Part shown: in pieces, positions 25,316 through 27,409 of the stretch
Layout: the number at the start of each line of letters is the position of its first letter
Position numbering within the stretch: position 1 is the stretch's first letter
Source of the DNA: a virus
Taxonomy: Duplodnaviria; Heunggongvirae; Uroviricota; Caudoviricetes
IMG/VR virus record: IMGVR_UViG_3300023174_000088
Span: 1 to 27,409 of that record
Length of the DNA: 27,409 nucleotides
Direction: 5' to 3' (one strand)
The notes under the pieces: model-generated
The model's database searches: none
Seen by the model: only the letters and a program-made list of their open reading frames with translations
What the model was told of the DNA's origin: nothing
Made by a program: the position numbers and the translations under genes

Positions 25316-25688
25316 TCTTTTCATTTTGTGTTTTAATATTGTGACAAGTTTCACATATGCACTGGAGGTTGTCAATCTCACAGAACAGTCTTTCTACAAA
25401 TCCTGGAAGATCTTGAGCGCATTTCAGGCTTCCTGCTGGGATGATGTGGTCTATGTTGATTTTCTTTTCAGGAAACCACTCTTTGCACACATTACATTTA
25501 TATTCAAATTTCTGTCTCTTGTTTGGTCCTTTGTAGGCCCTTCGAGACTTCATTTTACATTGTGTAATGGGTTTCCACCATCTGCTTTTCTGCCTAAGAC
25601 CGCTTCTGATGAAACTCCAGAATGCGCTTTCTGTCATACTACCAGCGTTCCTGGTTTTCTTGACAGCACTCTTTTTTCTTGTAGCCAT
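25302..25688 (-). CDS. HNH endonuclease
   Basis: CNVC...IDHIIP...DNLQCICETCHNIKT is a Zn-binding HNH motif; basic N-terminus. Confidence 0.88.
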   Translation of the reverse strand: MATRKKSAVKKTRNAGSMTESAFWSFIRSGLRQKSRWWKPITQCKMKSRRAYKGPNKRQKFEYKCNVCKEWFPEKKINIDHIIPAGSLKCAQDLPGFVERLFCEIDNLQCICETCHNIKTQNEKNGKK

Positions 25689-25732
25689 AAAATAAAATGT
25701 TGCCCCAAATATACGCTATTTGAGGCAACATT
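25689..25732 (-). terminator. Long hairpin/terminator after rIIB, containing a -7 promoter box
   Basis: Minus-strand RNA AAUGUUGCCUCAAAUA-GCGUA-UAUUUGGGGCAACAUU (16 bp with one G-U) then UUAUUUU; TATATTTG (25713-25706) lies inside it. Confidence 0.7.
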
Positions 25733-25742
25733 CTACACATCA

Positions 25743-27218
25743 TCAGTCCATATTCTTAATCCTGTTAACAATATCTCCCATCATTTCTTCCAGAGTGAGC
25801 GTGATTGTGTCAATCTGCTTGGTTGAAATTGTAGGAATGTGGAACGAATACTTCCTGCTTTCTGCTATAAATCCTGCACTAGCTCTTTCTGCAAGTCCTT
25901 GCAACTCACGGATGGCATAATCATCATCCAGCTCAAGAGTGTCAAAATCCAAATCGTGAAGAATCTGTGTAGCCTCCTCACGTGGTACAGTCATAAGAGG
26001 AAGATATTCATAGCATCTGCCCTTATGCTCACCAATACCTACCACCTTCATAGGATTGATTAGGATGAGCATAGATGTGTCACCACATCCCACATAGTGG
26101 ATTTGATCACTTGTGAAATGCAATCCAGCAGCTGCACAATCCTGTGTACTCCAGTTACACTCGCTCAAAGGTATGCTTACAGGCTGTCCTACACGGATGT
26201 CAAATGTCTTGGTCCAATCATCTGTATACCGATTGCTCTTCATATTAGGAAGATCGAGATACAAAGTGGTCAGATTACCAACGAGTGATACATTAGAAGC
26301 TCCTTCAAAATTAATGTTTTCTAGAAAATAAGAACCATCACCATCATGTTTCCAAACATTGTATTGATTAGGATCTTTCTTCCAGATGGCCTTAATCTTA
26401 TTGTAAGTGTTGCTTACAAAGTCTACAAGCTCTGTATCGTCGCACAGGCTTACAACATTCCTAAGAGCCACAAAGAATCCCTGCTTGGTGATTCTGAAGC
26501 TGTTCTCTTTGAGGAATCTGTACAGCTCATGAGCCACTTCTGCCCTTGGATTGAGGCAGCACCACATGAAGAACCTCTTCAGAGCCTGATATTTCTCATC
26601 TGTATAGAGGAGAAGTTCAGTTTCTTCTATTGAATAATTCTCATATGAGCTGATTATCAATAGGAATTCTTCTACAAGAATTTGAGGCATGGTTCTACCT
26701 GTACCTCTCATCACCACTGAATCACCATCGAGCTCAAAGTCTCTGAATTTGTTGAGCAAATCAAGACCTTTTTGCATGGCTTTAGCCTTCTCAATGTCAG
26801 CTTCCAGCTTTCTTTTGTCTGCTCTTGCCTCTTGAGACATTACAATAACGAATAATTCTTCCTCAGATGTAGCGCTTTGTGCAGCTTTAAAATCCTCATA
26901 TGTGGCATTTGGTTTGCTAATGATGTTTCCATCATTCAGCACTATGGTGAGCACATCATTCACCATCTTGAGATTGGTGTACACTTGCCTATCTACATCA
27001 AAATCATTTCCAAAGGAATCCTCCTCCTCTTCTTCCATGTTATCCCAATCTGTAAAATCATCATTCCAATCCTCATCATCACAATCACACTCTTCTTCCT
27101 CATTCTTAATTTCTTCTTCTTTTTCCAATTCTTCAATTTTAGATGCAATCTCGTCTTGTTGTCTTTTCAATTTAGACATTTGTTCTTTAAACCATTCCAG
27201 GCCAAATTTACTACTCAT
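25743..27218 (-). CDS. rIIB: rIIB-like protein with acidic N-terminal extension
   Basis: C-terminal half (LNP...LYRFL...ITKQGFFVALRNV...YTD.WT.TFD..VGQ.VS...C...GLH...INPMKVV...RCYEY) follows the T4 RIIB conserved pattern. Confidence 0.75.
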   Translation of the reverse strand: MSSKFGLEWFKEQMSKLKRQQDEIASKIEELEKEEEIKNEEEECDCDDEDWNDDFTDWDNMEEEEEDSFGNDFDVDRQVYTNLKMVNDVLTIVLNDGNIISKPNATYEDFKAAQSATSEEELFVIVMSQEARADKRKLEADIEKAKAMQKGLDLLNKFRDFELDGDSVVMRGTGRTMPQILVEEFLLIISSYENYSIEETELLLYTDEKYQALKRFFMWCCLNPRAEVAHELYRFLKENSFRITKQGFFVALRNVVSLCDDTELVDFVSNTYNKIKAIWKKDPNQYNVWKHDGDGSYFLENINFEGASNVSLVGNLTTLYLDLPNMKSNRYTDDWTKTFDIRVGQPVSIPLSECNWSTQDCAAAGLHFTSDQIHYVGCGDTSMLILINPMKVVGIGEHKGRCYEYLPLMTVPREEATQILHDLDFDTLELDDDYAIRELQGLAERASAGFIAESRKYSFHIPTISTKQIDTITLTLEEMMGDIVNRIKNMD

Positions 27219-27229
27219 TGTTTTTGTTT

Positions 27230-27409
27230 TTAATGTTTATTAAAATGTACGTCGAATACATGATTGAACCAAGCTTTGTCATTAGACAAAGTGGAATTGA
27301 CATCAGTGATAAACTTACCCCATGTATCTGGAACAGGGATGTTCCAATGTTCCATCAAAGCAAGCCACATGTTCTCGCAGTCTTGCATGTCTAAGTTTTC
27401 TGCCAATGG
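27230..27409 (-). CDS. 3' end of an upstream gene (partial; rIIA would be expected here)
   Basis: Open frame from the window edge: PLAENLDMQDCENMWLALMEHW...VFDVHFNKH*, stop 11 nt before the rIIB start. Identity cannot be confirmed from this fragment. Confidence 0.55.
   Translation of the reverse strand, partial: PLAENLDMQDCENMWLALMEHWNIPVPDTWGKFITDVNSTLSNDKAWFNHVFDVHFNKH

Larger units (their letters stand above)
1..27409. mobile_element. Segment of a tailed phage (Caudoviricetes-type) genome, probable Bacteroidota host
   Basis: Dense co-oriented genes with stop/start overlaps; tail-fibre-like, lysis, PhoH, dUTPase, RecA, NrdJ, rIIB and HNH genes; two convergent arms; no cellular housekeeping genes; Bacteroidota-type promoter boxes. 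Confidence 0.93.

Noticed and set aside
25671-25688. MATRKK start of the HNH gene as another T[IV]KK-tag protein
   Set aside because: It has Arg rather than Ile/Val and sits in the opposite arm on a nuclease. It does show that MAT-x-KK starts can arise by chance, which is a caveat for the tag hypothesis.
1306-26902. Many antisense or alternate-frame ORFs in the track (e.g. 1306..1674, 4426..4884, 7707..8153, 12491..12736, 17865..18308, 20660..21895, 26877..27243)
   Set aside because: They are shadows of well-supported genes, have no recognisable motifs, and break the two-arm gene orientation.
1-27409. Stop-codon reassignment (TAG), as in some crAss-like phages; only one called gene (22397..22627) ends in TAG
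   Set aside because: All recognisable genes are full length under the standard code, and no gene appears split at a TAG. Low TAG use fits AT-rich Bacteroidota bias.
1-27409. CRISPR array, tRNA, rRNA, or DGR template/variable repeat pair
   Set aside because: I found no regularly spaced direct repeats, cloverleafs or adenine-mismatched repeat pairs by eye. tRNAscan-SE, Infernal and a self dot-plot would be needed to exclude them fully.
27230-27409. Calling the partial upstream ORF rIIA
   Set aside because: The position fits, but the 59 visible residues carry no motif I can recognise, so it is left unnamed.

Overview
This window looks like a segment of a tailed dsDNA phage genome. No host housekeeping genes, rRNA, tRNA or CRISPR array were recognised. 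A Bacteroidota host is inferred from TTTG-N20-TAnnTTTG promoters, A-rich starts without Shine-Dalgarno sites, a Gln-after-signal-peptide protein and SprB-type repeats. Two arms converge on a bidirectional terminator at about 17301-17334. The + arm (1-17282) has tail fibre/virion-like genes, a Dps/ferritin-like gene, a cluster of small Lys-rich proteins interrupted by a GIY-YIG endonuclease, a small lipoprotein, a 1337-aa secreted beta-helix + SprB-repeat protein, and a membrane-protein-rich lysis cassette (holin-like, u-spanin-like, GH73 endolysin). The - arm (17331-27409) has DNA metabolism genes: PhoH, two HNH proteins, dUTPase, RecA, class II RNR (NrdJ), a RecE-like exonuclease and an rIIB-like protein. 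The best candidates for new biology are (i) Sec-exported adhesin-like phage proteins, including a SprB mimic without a T9SS C-terminal domain that is coupled to the lysis genes, (ii) five Lys-rich proteins sharing an N-terminal T[IV]KK tag and KxGG motifs near a Dps-like gene, and (iii) recurring terminator-plus-promoter cassettes in the replication arm. All family assignments come from motif recognition by eye; no database search was run.
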